64,000 nt of DNA from Mobula hypostoma. Lineage: Eukaryota. Positions 51,701 to 61,199 of the stretch are shown in pieces. A program made the position numbers and the translations under genes. The notes under the pieces were generated by a model that was given only the letters and a program-made list of their open reading frames with translations, searched no databases and had not been told where the DNA came from. The stretch covers positions 57,226,001 to 57,290,000 of the forward strand of contig NC_086116.1 of NCBI RefSeq assembly GCF_963921235.1. The letters are read 5' to 3'. Numbering within the stretch: the first letter of the stretch is position 1; every line of letters starts with the position of its first letter.

Positions 51701-54700
51701 TCCATCCGCCAGGAGGACCGCCCTTACACTGCCTTCGAGGTGGACGGCAAGCTTTATCAATTCCTGCGCGTCCCCTTTGGTTTCACGAATGGTGTATCTG
51801 TCTTCCAGAGGGCAATGGACCGGATGGTGGACCAGTGCCAACTGAAGGCCACGTTCCCATATCTGGATAACATCACCATCTGCGGTCACAACCAGCAGGA
51901 TCACGACAACAACCTCCAAAAATTTCTCCAAGCGGCCAAATCTTTCAACCTCACCTATAACAAGGGCAAGTGTGTATTTGGGACCACCGGACTTGCTATC
52001 CTTGGGTGTGTCGTGGAGAATGGAGTCATTGGCCCTGACCCCGACCGTATGCGCCCCCTGTTGGAACTCCCTCTTCCCAATACCCTCAGAGCCCTCAAAA
52101 GGTGCCTGGGCTTCTTTTCATATTACGCCCAATGGGTCTGTAACTATGCAGACAAGGCCCGCCCCCTGGTCAAGTCCACCACATTCCCCCTCTCTGCCGA
52201 GGCCCACGCGGCCTTCAACCGCATAAAAGGGGACATTGCCAAAGCAGCAATGCATGCGGTGGATGAGGCCATTCCTTTCCAAGTAGAGAGTGACGCCTCC
52301 GACTTTGCGCTGGCTGCTACCCTCAACCAGGCAGGAAGACCAGTGGCGTTCTTCTCCCGTACCCTTCAAGGCCCTGAAATTCGGCACTCTGCGGTAGAGA
52401 AAGAGGCCCAGGCCATAGTGGAAGCTATAAGGCACTGGAGGTACTATCTTGCCGGCAAAAGGTTCACCCTGCTAACTGACCAGCGCTCAGTTGCATTCAT
52501 GTTTAATAATCAGCAGCGGAGCAAAATCAAAAATGATAAAATTCTGAGGTGGAGAATCAAACTCTCCACCTACAACTATGACATCATGTACAGGCCTGGG
52601 AGGCTCAACGAGCCCTCCGACGCCCTATCCTGGGGAACATGCGCCAGCTGGCAGATCGACCGGCTATACGCCCTACATGTAGACCTTTGCCACCCGGGAG
52701 TCACCCGGCTTTTCCACTTCGTGAAAGCCCGGAACCTGCCTTACTCCCTTGAGGAGATCAGGATGATGACCAGGGACTGCCAAGTCTGCGCAGAGTGCAA
52801 ACCGCACTTCTACCGACCCGAAAAGGCACCACTCATCAAAGCCACCTGCCCCTTTGAGCGATTGAGTGTTGACTTTAAGGGCCCCCTTCCCTCCACCGAC
52901 CGCAATGTGTACTTTCTTAACGTAATTGACGAGTACTCGCGGTTCCCCTTCGCCATCCCCTGCCCCGACACCACTACCACGTCAGTTATAAAAGCCCTGC
53001 GCAAGCTCTTCACTCTGTTCGGATACCCATGCTATATCCACAGTGACAGAGGGTCCACGTTTATAAGTGATGAGCTGCGCCAATATCTACTGGCTAGGGG
53101 AATTGCAACCAGTAGGACCACGAGCTATAATCCCCGCGGGAATGGACAGGTAGAGAAGGAGAATGGCACAGTGTGGAAAGCCACACTCTTAGCCCTCAGG
53201 TCAAAGGGACTGCCGGTCTCCCGCTGGCAGGAGGTCCTTCCCGAGACACTCCACTCCATCCGCTCCCTGTTATGCATAGCCACCAATGCCACCCCTCATG
53301 AGCGGCTCTTTTCTTTTCCCAGAAAATCGACCACTGGAACCACCCTACCATCTTGGCTGACGTCCCCGGGGCCAGTGCTGCTCCGGAACCATGCGAGGAG
53401 CAATAAATACTCCCCGATAGTCGAGAGGGTTCACTTACTTCATGCGAACCCCCAGTATGCCTACGTGGTTTTACCTGATGGGCGGGAGGACACGGTCTCC
53501 ATCCGCGACCTGGCGCCCGCAGGAGCTCCGGGCCCCTACCCTGAACACTCTGTGGTGACTATTGACCCCGTACCCACCAATGTATGTACCTACAAGACAC
53601 CGTGCACCCCAAACCCTATACAGACACCAGACGACACTCCCATACCGGGCGCGACGCACACGCACGAGGGATTACCGATGCCTAACGTGCTGGCACCTGA
53701 AGTCAGGCCGGAGCCAGCACAACCGCCATCGCTGGTGCTACGTAGATCACAGCGACGGACTCGACCGCCTGATAGACTTAACCTGTAAATATACTTCTTG
53801 TAAATATTGTCAGTCACTTCACCCCGCAGGACTCTTTTTAAAAAAAGGAGGGGTGAATGTGGTAAACCATGTATATATGTTGTAACTCGGTTACCCGTCT
53901 GGACACATCCCTCTGCTGACTGCCCCTGTGGCTCCTCCCACAGAATCCTGTATAAAGGTGTTCGCCTTGCCCCTCCCCCTCAGTCCGGGGGCAGACACTC
54001 ACTGTGGAGGTCGTATTGTACAGCGAATAAAAGCCTTTCAGTATTTTACCAAACCTCAGTCTTTTGGAGTAATTGAAGGTGCTTCATAATGTAACCTTCC
54101 TTCTGCTAGAACTGGAAATTCCTGACACACTTGGCGAGGATCCCTACATTAACCTATGCCACGTGGATATTGAATGCATGCAAATATAGCTCCTCACTGA
54201 CGCAAACAACTTCCTTAAATGGAGTATTCAAGCACTTTGTCACAAGAATGCTAGCGATAAAATTTCAAGATGAACAGTGCAGGTTAGATTTTGTAGTAAG
54301 AGAAAGTAGGCAATGAAGTTTGAGTGCTGACAAGTAGATTGCAAAATGGAACCAATAATTTAATGTCAAAGAATATTTCTTGTCCTTTCAATAGATCAAA
54401 GGATGGTGCTACCTCAGTACATCAAATAATGTGACCAGACATAAGTATAAAAACAAGGTAATGCAAAGCTCTGAAGGAAGCCTGCAAATATCCCCTTATC
54501 CTTAAGTTTGATTCACTTGGCAACATCTAAACTGAGTTTGATGATTGAGTTCAGGCCCCCTTAATGATATATAAACAGAATCTAGGCAAACACTCCAATA
54601 CAAAACTGAGAGCGTACACTAACCCAAAACCTTATTTGCCTGTTAAAATGAAAGTGAAAGATCTTGTGCAACTAATTGTGAAGGAGAATAGGTTTCTCAG

Positions 54701-57700
54701 CAACAAGTTCAAGATCAACCAGAAATCAATTATGTTGTCAGACAACTTGCTGCTATTTTCTAAATATTGTTATACTTGAATTAGTCACCATATTTGCTTA
54801 TATAACACCTCTAAGTTTCCAAGTAGAAAATGGCAGTTGTCCCATTGCTTTCATTCAGTTGTTAAAAGTCACACCTCTTACACAATTTCAACTTTTAATT
54901 AATTTTAAAGTAACTGGCACACGCTGAGGAAATTAAAGAAACTCTATACATATAAAACTGCAATTCTCATTACTGCATCACAGGAAGATTGAAAAAACAG
55001 TTAAATGGAGCTAATTTTCCACACAAACATATGTCCATTTCCGTTTCTTAATGATAAACAAGTTTTGTGGTTTTGGGTGCTGTGCTACATCAAAATGTCA
55101 GCAAATTGAAATTCAGTTGATATAGGACCAGATCTAATCCAGTCAAATAACTTCATACATTTGAGTTTTTAAAGAAAGATGAAACTATGTGGAAGGTGGA
55201 TTTTCAGATTAAACTATTCAAGTATGTTGATAGAATCAAAAATAATTTTAAAATTTATGAATTTATGGAAACAAATAATTCACATATTGAAATTAAAGAT
55301 AGGAAGTCTCACTGTCAAATCACTTCAAAAAGTAACAACTAGTAAGAAAGGAAATTAAATTAAAAACAGCAAATGAAAAAGGGTTATAAAAATGGAAAGC
55401 ATAAAAACTACATATAACGTGTCCAGGAGGGGACAGAAGGATTTGATTTTTAAGTGTAATGTGTGGTATAAACAAAAAGCCTTAACAAATAGGGAGTCTA
55501 TTCCCAAATGTTGGCGACCTTCCAGTGGATGATGACAAATTTTGATTGTACTCTGAACAGACAGCCTGACATTTCACTTATCTTGTGCATTTTATTGTTC
55601 CATTTTGCTGTGATTATAATAAGCAAAATATCGTGTAACTACATTGAAGGCATAATATATAAAATATCCTAGTTCAGTTTGACCACAAAGTCAGACAGAC
55701 AGCATGTTCATGAGGTGATTTTTTTTTTGCCACAGTGAAGTCTTCAATATGAAGAGAAATAGTGGGTTTGTGGTTGACCTAATTTAGCAAAGTACTGTAT
55801 AGGTGTACAGGACATTTCTTTTAGCAAAGTCCACCTGACAAAATGGGCAGATTTGGAGCTCAACAGCTCTTCTAAAGAGAAGTATGATGATCTTTCTGAA
55901 ACCGGCTTTCTTGCCCTCCATCACCTAACTCCTGCGTGTACTTTCACCACGTTCAGCCAGGGAACTGCCCACTTACTCCCGGAGGCCTTTTCCCCAAACC
56001 TCCATCAGTTTTTCAGGTCCAGTGGTTCTTCACTATTTGAAGTCAAAATGCTGCTTGTATCCAGTTCAAACAATTGAAAGTAGCATCCATAACATGAGTA
56101 AAGTCAAAATATTCAGACATTTTGTAGAGACACGCTGAATGTTTTAGGAACAGCTTCGACTCCTTCTCCATCAGATTTCTGAGCAGACAATGAACACTAC
56201 CTCACTATTTTTGCTCCTTTTTTGCACTACTCATTCAGTTTAATATATGCAGTATAATTATTATTGTAATTTATAGTATTTTTGTGTATTGCAACAAATG
56301 TAATGACTTGTGTCAGTGATTTGATGTTGTGGTGTTCACTGAGCTTGGCAGTTAGCTTGCACAGACATTTCATCACCAATCAAAGTGACATCCTCAGTGT
56401 GCAGTTGTTAGTTTCAGTGTTGCTTGCCTGAAGTTATTTAGGATAGTGGTGAGTTTTGGAAATCCTGAACCTGAGCTACCAATATTCACCCCCAACTTAA
56501 ATATGTCAGTGATATTAAACCTGATTCTGATTCTAACTGGGATCTTAAATAATAGTTGTATAGAAATTCATATATTTGTTCCATATGAAAACTGTTTCCA
56601 GAAAATGCACAACTATAAATGATATTTAATTTTGCAATGATAGATTGATAGGATTAATTGGAAAAAGAATGGTACGGGGTAATGAGTCACTGCAAAAAGT
56701 TGCTTTGGATAAGAAGATTGAATGTATTGAAATTGATTTGAAGTGTTGTCTAAATGATCGAAGCAATGAGTGTTTTAATAATTCCAGTTTTCCATAGGTT
56801 ATAAGTGGATTTCCATTTTACTTTCCATAAGTGGAGGAACAGCTTGTGTTATCCTTCTTCTGCTCTTCCTTAGAAAATATGCATGCGGTATGTTATTTCA
56901 TAGGCAATTTAATATATCTCTCCCTCAGGAAAATTATCCGTTTTCAGTTTTTATCCTAACTCTGCCCCATAATCCTCAATCCACTTGTATTTGCATCCAA
57001 TGTCTTATTTCATAATCAACATTATAATATTAAGCAAACTAGGAAGTATAGACCAGTGATTCTTACATCAGTACTCGGCAAACCATTGGAGAAGATTCTT
57101 GGAGATGGGATTTACCAGCATTTGGAGAAGCATAGTGTGATTAGTGATCGTCAGCATGGCATTGTGAGGTGCAGATTGTGCCTCGAGTCTAATTGAATTT
57201 TTCCAAAGATGTGGCAAAACAAACTGAAGAAGGCAGAGCGGTGGATATGGTGTGCATTGATTTTAGTAAGGCACTCAACAAAGTTCCCCATAGTAGGCTC
57301 AATCAGAAATTCAGGTGATATAGGATGCAGGGAAATTTAGCAGCAAGAATTTAGAAGTGCCTTGCCTACAGAAGGCAGAGAGCAGTAGTAGATGGAGAGT
57401 ATTCTACCTGGAGGTCTGTGACCAGAGGTGTTCTGCAGCGATCCGATCTGGGACCCAAGCTCTTTGTGATTTTTACAAATAATCTACATGAAGAAGTGGA
57501 ATGGTGGGTTAGTGAGTTTGCAGATGACACAAAGAATGGTGGATAGTGCATAAGGTTATCGTAGGTTACAACAGGAAACTAACATGATGCAGAGTTAGAC
57601 TGAGAAGTGACAGGTAGAATTCTAACTTGAAGAGTGTGAAGTGATACACTTTGGAAGGTTGAGCCTGATGTTAATGGCAGGATTCTTACCGGTATGGAGG

Positions 57701-59984
57701 GACAGAGGCTTCTTAAGGTCCAAATTCATAGATCCCTCCAAGTTGCCACGGAAGTTGAAAAGGTGGTTAAGATGTCATATGGAGTATTGGCCTTTGCTAG
57801 TTGGGGGATTAAGTTCAAAATCCATAAGTAATCTTCTCCTTCTTCTTAAGCCCATTACTCCTATTTGGGGATACAGGCTGCCAACAGCAGCTCACCAGAG
57901 TCCTCTGTCCTGGGCCAGTCTTTCAAGTTGTCCCCAGGTGTAATCCATCTTCAAAAATCCTTCCTCTCCTAGGAATGAGGTCTCTGTTGGTGTTTCTTTA
58001 GTTCCAACTTTTCACGGGATGGGGTTGACAGCCCCAAGCCTGACTCCCAACCCCCCTCCTTTCACAGCCTGGACTTGGTGGTGTTATAAGGTAAAGTTAC
58101 AACTGTATAAACCTTGGATGCACAAGCTTTAGCGAAGGTGCAGGGGAGATTTACCAGGATGTTGCTCGATTAAAGAACAAATCTTAAGTTGGAAAGTTGA
58201 GCGAGCTCGGGCTTTTCTCTTTGGAGCAAAGGAGGATGAGAGGAAACTTGATAGAAGTGTTTAAGATGATAAGAGGCAAAGAGAGAGTGGACAGTCAACA
58301 CCTATTTCCCAGAGTGGCAATCCCTAATATGAGAGGATGTACTTTTAAGGTGATTGGAGGAAAATACAGGGGGTTGTCAGAGGCAGAACGCACTGTGGGA
58401 ATGATGGTAGAGGCAGATACATTATGATTAGGAGACTCTTAAATAGGCACAAGGATGATAGAAAATGGAGAGCTCTGTGGGAGAAGTGTTAGAATAATCT
58501 TGGAGTAGATCAAAAGGTCAGTGCAACGCGATGGGCTGAAGAGCCTGCACTGTGCTGTACTGTTCTATGTTCTTTGATATCAATGTAACTACCTTGAAAT
58601 CATAAATATATATTTCAGTTTAGTCTATACCTCAACACAGCTACAGTTTCAAAGGCTATTCTTTAAACCTAATCATTAACTCTCATTATCATCTTATGTA
58701 GAAAGAAAGAAAATTCAAGAGCAAAAGAGAATTCAAACCAGTAATCGAACATTGAACCTTGGACAGAATGACATGGTAAGTGTAAAATTACTTTTTAATA
58801 AGATTAAGCCTCTGTAGTTAGTAATCCAAGGCCAATGTTCATCTGCCTGTCAAAATTCTGTAGTGTTCGCACACAGTCAGATCAGGAGAAGCAGGCTCAA
58901 ATGAGTTTAAATTTGGATATCGGCAATGAATGTGGGTGGATCTTCAGGATTCCTGGCGTACTGCTAAGTTTTACCTCCAATTACACAGAAACTCAGCTAC
59001 CAAACAAACACAGCATACAGCTCATTAGAAATGGTGATGTTACCTTGTATGACATAGTGAGCCCACAGATTTATGTGTTTGGACAGCTGGATTTTTGGTC
59101 AATAGAAATCTGCAGGAGTCTCATCAATGGTAATGCCAGGGTGGGCGGTTACATACTGGGGACAGACTAGCTGGGCCTAAAGGCCTGTTTCCGTGTTTTA
59201 TGACTCTATGACCTTCAGAGAATGCCAACAAATCACAACTTCTCTTTCACAGACATGTTGACAATGCCTGATTACTTTGAATTTTTCTTGGTCCCCTGCT
59301 ATAATGACTTAAGTAACATTTTCCCTATAACAGACATTAAGCTAAGTAGCCTGTAATTTCATGCCTTTTGTCTTCCTCCTTCATCTACAATTCTTATCTT
59401 TTGAACACTCAGTATAACTATGTGATACCATTTTAAACATCCTTGGTTAGCTGATAAATCAAACTTGAGATTATGCAATAGCTGTGAAGCTTCATTTCGA
59501 CACATCCAAACAAATCTATCCCCTCAAAGTCTATCTTTAGGTCCACTGAGGTACTTGAACAATCTCATTGGCTTTTATCAGAAAATCTTCATCTACAAAT
59601 TGCTTCTTATACTTAACCTGCCTCCGAATAGAACCATCTTTATACTTTACTTTATATCTTGATCTGTATCTACATTGGCTTTACGTCAATTACGACTATA
59701 CGCTTATATTGTTGCCTGTAGTGTATTTTCTGTATGAAGTAAATTCTTTATCCTCTGTGAAATTAGACAATATTAAGCTTTGACTTTGAATTGCAGTTCA
59801 TTGGTAGTTAGCAGGCCTGAGATGGTGAAATGAAAAGACAGAAGTAAAAGAATGCACATGCTTTTCCTATTTTTTTTAGAATGAGAGCTGTAAGGAAGAA
59901 GTCTGCTATGCTAAACTACAATGGGGAACCATGCAGAGAGCAAGGATGGAGGAGGAGGTTGTCTACAGCCCAGTTCTTCACTGA
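39693..59984 (+). CDS. Six-exon IgSF inhibitory receptor: leader - VJ-type V - C1-set - TM - cytoplasmic tail with 2 ITIMs (SIRP-like / VJ-C1 architecture), 329 aa. Join 39693-39741, 41004-41363, 44165-44476, 56798-56887, 58702-58775, 59880-59984
   Basis: Manual splicing gives exons of 49+360+312+90+74+105 = 990 nt with one uninterrupted frame. All introns are GT..AG with phases 1,1,1,1,0, the typical IgSF pattern. Domain motifs are listed per exon. Confidence 0.9.
41004..41363 (+). CDS. Exon 2: V-set Ig domain with germline-encoded J-like G strand
   Basis: Acceptor tctgttttctaag|ct and donor ACTG|gtaatt. Translation AVHRFNQDLQQPGALTVPKGNSILLNC...VSW...FTLTITDVQVSDNGIYFC KVFRKAPPPNFRAQGNGTLLSVT has B-strand Cys, C-strand Trp, DxGxYxC and GxGTxLxV. 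Confidence 0.95.
42313..42862 (-). mobile_element. Non-autonomous Tc1/mariner element in intron 2
   Basis: Inverted termini cattcagtggccacttagttaggtac / gtacctaataaagtggccactgagcg flanked by TA. ORF 42463-42693 resembles a Tc1 transposase N-terminal HTH (GISVGARQDGLSVSETA...RIYREWC..QKTSSERQ). Confidence 0.85.
44165..44476 (+). CDS. Exon 3: C1-set Ig domain
   Basis: Acceptor ttttttacatccag|ct; phase-1 donor CAAG|gtagga (alternative at 44467). Motifs ITCLVHGFYP, NGTY and FTCVVQHP match the C1-set signatures CxVxGFYP and [FY]xCxVxH. Confidence 0.93.
44525..44530 (+). terminator. Candidate intronic poly(A) signal for a secreted V-C1 isoform
   Basis: AATAAA 20 nt after the in-frame read-through stop TGA (44503-44505), followed by a GU/U-rich tract near 44558-44592. 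Confidence 0.45.
45412..46582 (+). mobile_element. 5'-truncated Penelope-like element with GIY-YIG endonuclease, inserted in a CR1
   Basis: 246-aa ORF 45468-46208 with VIYCVRC...LLYIGET and RFAEH. 15-bp direct repeat cctggagtattgtgt on both sides (45397-45411, 46583-46597); the CR1 frame continues across it. Confidence 0.9.
45468..46208 (+). CDS. Penelope-like RT C-terminus plus GIY-YIG endonuclease fragment
   Basis: CKRNKCDTC linker, GIY-YIG-like motifs and a C-terminal LQPDGMNID typical of PLE ORF ends. Confidence 0.85.
   Translation: MSSFFKERGFPSSTINSALKRISPISHTSALTPSSRHPTRNRVPLVLTYHPTSLRVQHIILCNFRHLQQDPTTKHIFPSPHPAFCRDHSLRDSLVHSSPPSLPTDLPPGTYPCKRNKCDTCPYTSSLTTIQGPKQSFQVRRHFTCESAGVIYCVRCSRCGLLYIGETRRRLGDRFAEHLRSVRQRKQDLPVATHFNSTSHSHSDMSIHGLLYCKDEATLRLEEQHLIFRLGSLQPDGMNIDFSNFR
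47300..49300 (-). mobile_element. Degenerate CR1 fragments (intron 3)
   Basis: DFSKTFIEFPHGRL and WRVANVVHFCKKGYRDNPVNYRPVSLTSV. Confidence 0.75.
49588..49816 (+). repeat. Gypsy 5' LTR
   Basis: tgtggtgaacc...gaaggtgcttca; TATAAA at 49681 and AATAAA at 49756; direct repeat of 53858-54086. Confidence 0.95.
49843..50550 (+). CDS. gag: Gypsy Gag (frame shifts near 50455, before the zinc knuckle)
   Basis: 235-aa ORF just after the 5' LTR with gypsy capsid-like sequence (YARHRLATRQQRPRESSAEFVRALQTL...LVRDAFVTG). The CCHC knuckle lies in the next (+1) frame. Confidence 0.85.
   Translation: MEQALRPEKLDLNPLTPEAGNAFELWLACFEAYLEEIKATDPVAKHRVLLSRVSPRVYSLIRDQPSYDDAMNTLKRQYLRPINSVYARHRLATRQQRPRESSAEFVRALQTLVRACNCQELTVAQHAELLVRDAFVTGTRSVYVHQRLLEKADLTLNSAIELADTLEATLHNSEALQARDPLMASWVPQTPQPAGESTSAAASCESPGEAPPETLRGPTSYLLQLRKEGPLHQGL
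50453..53788 (+). CDS. pol: Gypsy Pol polyprotein (CCHC knuckle, protease, RT, RNase H, integrase)
   Basis: 1111 aa open. Motifs: CSSCGKKGHFTKVC; LFDTGS (aspartic protease); DLKSAYHQ and FPYLDN (RT); SDASDFALAA (RNase H); H..CHPG..CQVC zinc finger; SVDFKG / HSDRG / GQVEKEN (integrase DDE). PR-RT-RH-IN order is gypsy. Confidence 0.95.
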   Translation: MSPLEKHPRKRCAARQATCSSCGKKGHFTKVCKSKLRAGSSSAVCETWGSPSSLHTAATCETWGPPSSLHTATTCETWGLPSCLPPSSLHATTTCETWGRPSWSAPPPTAYNQRVLTEHPTMPDQDSDPTLASVTLDQSAPHQLARSMMDILVEGHRTSCLFDTGSTESFIHPATVQHCRLVIRPVSRRVTMASGSHTTDIPGGCVVTLVAQGQEYWDFTLLVLPQLCAPVLLGLDFQSHLKSVTMEYEGPLPPISVGNPQFCRNTSHTPLLTTHTHTPAHPTQHHANCHTTDTTCGLSTLRIPPPLLFANLTPDCKPMATKSRRYAWGDRAFIKSEVQRLLREGVIEASTSPWRAQVVVVRNREKNRMVVDYSQTINRFTQLDTYPLPRIADMVNQIAQYKVYSTIDLKSAYHQLSIRQEDRPYTAFEVDGKLYQFLRVPFGFTNGVSVFQRAMDRMVDQCQLKATFPYLDNITICGHNQQDHDNNLQKFLQAAKSFNLTYNKGKCVFGTTGLAILGCVVENGVIGPDPDRMRPLLELPLPNTLRALKRCLGFFSYYAQWVCNYADKARPLVKSTTFPLSAEAHAAFNRIKGDIAKAAMHAVDEAIPFQVESDASDFALAATLNQAGRPVAFFSRTLQGPEIRHSAVEKEAQAIVEAIRHWRYYLAGKRFTLLTDQRSVAFMFNNQQRSKIKNDKILRWRIKLSTYNYDIMYRPGRLNEPSDALSWGTCASWQIDRLYALHVDLCHPGVTRLFHFVKARNLPYSLEEIRMMTRDCQVCAECKPHFYRPEKAPLIKATCPFERLSVDFKGPLPSTDRNVYFLNVIDEYSRFPFAIPCPDTTTTSVIKALRKLFTLFGYPCYIHSDRGSTFISDELRQYLLARGIATSRTTSYNPRGNGQVEKENGTVWKATLLALRSKGLPVSRWQEVLPETLHSIRSLLCIATNATPHERLFSFPRKSTTGTTLPSWLTSPGPVLLRNHARSNKYSPIVERVHLLHANPQYAYVVLPDGREDTVSIRDLAPAGAPGPYPEHSVVTIDPVPTNVCTYKTPCTPNPIQTPDDTPIPGATHTHEGLPMPNVLAPEVRPEPAQPPSLVLRRSQRRTRPPDRLNL
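53858..54086 (+). repeat. Gypsy 3' LTR
   Basis: tgtggtaaacc...gaaggtgcttca, immediately after the PPT. Confidence 0.95.
56798..56887 (+). CDS. Exon 4: transmembrane exon GYKWISILLSISGGTACVILLLLFLRKYAC
   Basis: Acceptor ttccagttttccatag|gt and donor TGCG|gtatgt. About 21 uncharged residues followed by an RK stop-transfer; phase 1-1. Confidence 0.88.
57040..58570 (+). mobile_element. Degenerate CR1 (intron 4)
   Basis: YRPVILTSV, FADDTK and LGLFSLEQRRMRGNLIEV. Confidence 0.8.
58702..58775 (+). CDS. Exon 5: cytoplasmic exon ERKKIQEQKRIQTSNRTLNLGQNDM
   Basis: Acceptor atcttatgtag|aa and a perfect donor ATG|gtaagt; phase 1 in, phase 0 out, matching both neighbours. Confidence 0.82.
59880..59984 (+). 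CDS. Exon 6: terminal cytoplasmic exon with ITIMs VCYAKL and VVYSPV
   Basis: Acceptor cttttcctatttttttttag|aat. Reads NESCKEEVCYAKLQWGTMQRARMEEEVVYSPVLH*; both motifs fit the ITIM consensus [ILVS]xYxx[ILV]. Confidence 0.88.
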   Translation, partial: NESCKEEVCYAKLQWGTMQRARMEEEVVYSPVLH

Positions 59985-60031
59985 AAGACTAACGGAGAAG
60001 GCACCTGTAAATAATGAAGCAGGTTATTAAA

Positions 60032-60057
60032 AATAAATTGGAACATTCTTCAATAAA
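60032..60057 (+). terminator. Polyadenylation signals of the Ig receptor gene
   Basis: AATAAA at 60032-60037 and 60052-60057, about 50-70 nt after the stop codon. Confidence 0.55.
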
Positions 60058-61199
60058 CCCTGGATCAAACTTGTGCATCCAAATCCTTTAATGATATCAT
60101 TTACAATTTGTTTATGATTTTTTTCATCTTCTGAGAGTTAGTTAAATCATGTCAGTATATTGTTCCATCTTTATGTTGTGTTTGGGTGAAAACGTTCTGT
60201 ACATGCTGCCTTAGTGGATTAGTCGTGTGCTAAAAGCTACTGTTCTGTCTGGCTGTCTCAGTACGGGGGAACAAGAGATGGCAGATGCTGAAATTTTCAG
60301 CAACAAACGATCTGCTGGAGGAACCAAATGGGGTGAGCAGCATCTGGATGAGGGGGAGGGAAGAAATTATTGATGTTTTGGGTCAAAATTGCGGTGGTAC
60401 CATTAGTTTCTGTATTATGCTTCTTTATTCTGTGCAAGCATACAATCAGATGAGGTAAAATAAAAACTTTGGATATATTTTAGCCATTGTTTCAAACTAT
60501 TTATTTCAAAAATATTTAAAAGTGTCTAAATTCTACAGCTAGAATTTAATGTAAACTACTGTCCCTATTCTATCAAGTGCCAACTTGTTGCCAGTACTTG
60601 CCTGCTCAGTACAGCACATTCTTACCTGAAGCATTCCCCAGATACGAACCCTCTCAGGTCAGCTGGCTCCTGCTGAACAACAAAGTACCGGGAACTTTCT
60701 ACTGACAAACGGCAACTTCACCACAAAATCACTTTGATGGCCAATTGAGCCATGTTCCCAGGTTTACCAGCTGTCAAACCTGTGAAAACAATCAAATATA
60801 TTCAACTTTCACAATCACTCAAAAACTATAAAAAATTGCTAAAATTCTCATAATATTTTAATCTTATCTATGATTGAAGTATTTTCTTTCATTCCAAAAT
60901 GTCAAACAGACCATTGCAAATGGACCTCAGTGTGCGTCATGGTAGACAAAAACACACAAGGTGGAATGTAAGTCAACAGGAACCCAAGAGTGTTGTACAC
61001 CATGACAGGAGGGAGGAATAGGTGAAAAGGAATTGAATTCACTGACGAGAGTGGTATGCTGTTGAGAGGCCAACCAGGCGGACATGGCTTCAGGAATGAA
61101 ATCACCTGGCATTCGGAACAGCTGCCTGTGTTCCAGCTCAGCTGCAGATGACTGCAGGTCCTCCTTTGGAGTAGTTCTCAGCCCCGGCAGGACCCATGT

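Larger units (their letters stand above)
49588..54086 (+). mobile_element. Nearly intact Ty3/gypsy LTR retrotransposon in intron 3 of the Ig gene
   Basis: Two 229-bp TG...CA LTRs (49588-49816, 53858-54086) differing at 7 positions; polypurine tract aaaaaaggaggggtgaa before the 3' LTR; gag and pol ORFs. Confidence 0.96.

Noticed and set aside
49588-54086. Fully autonomous active retrotransposon or endogenous retrovirus
   Set aside because: There is a frame break between Gag and the knuckle/Pol, and no env ORF: Pol ends about 70 bp before the 3' LTR.
55825-56077. ORF as a second C1 or stalk exon
   Set aside because: The phase-1 reading after ttcttttag stops within 4 codons, and there are no Ig motifs.
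58835-59170. 111-aa ORF as an extra cytoplasmic exon
   Set aside because: The phase-0 reading after the nearest AG hits a stop, there is no good donor, and exons 5 and 6 already join in frame.
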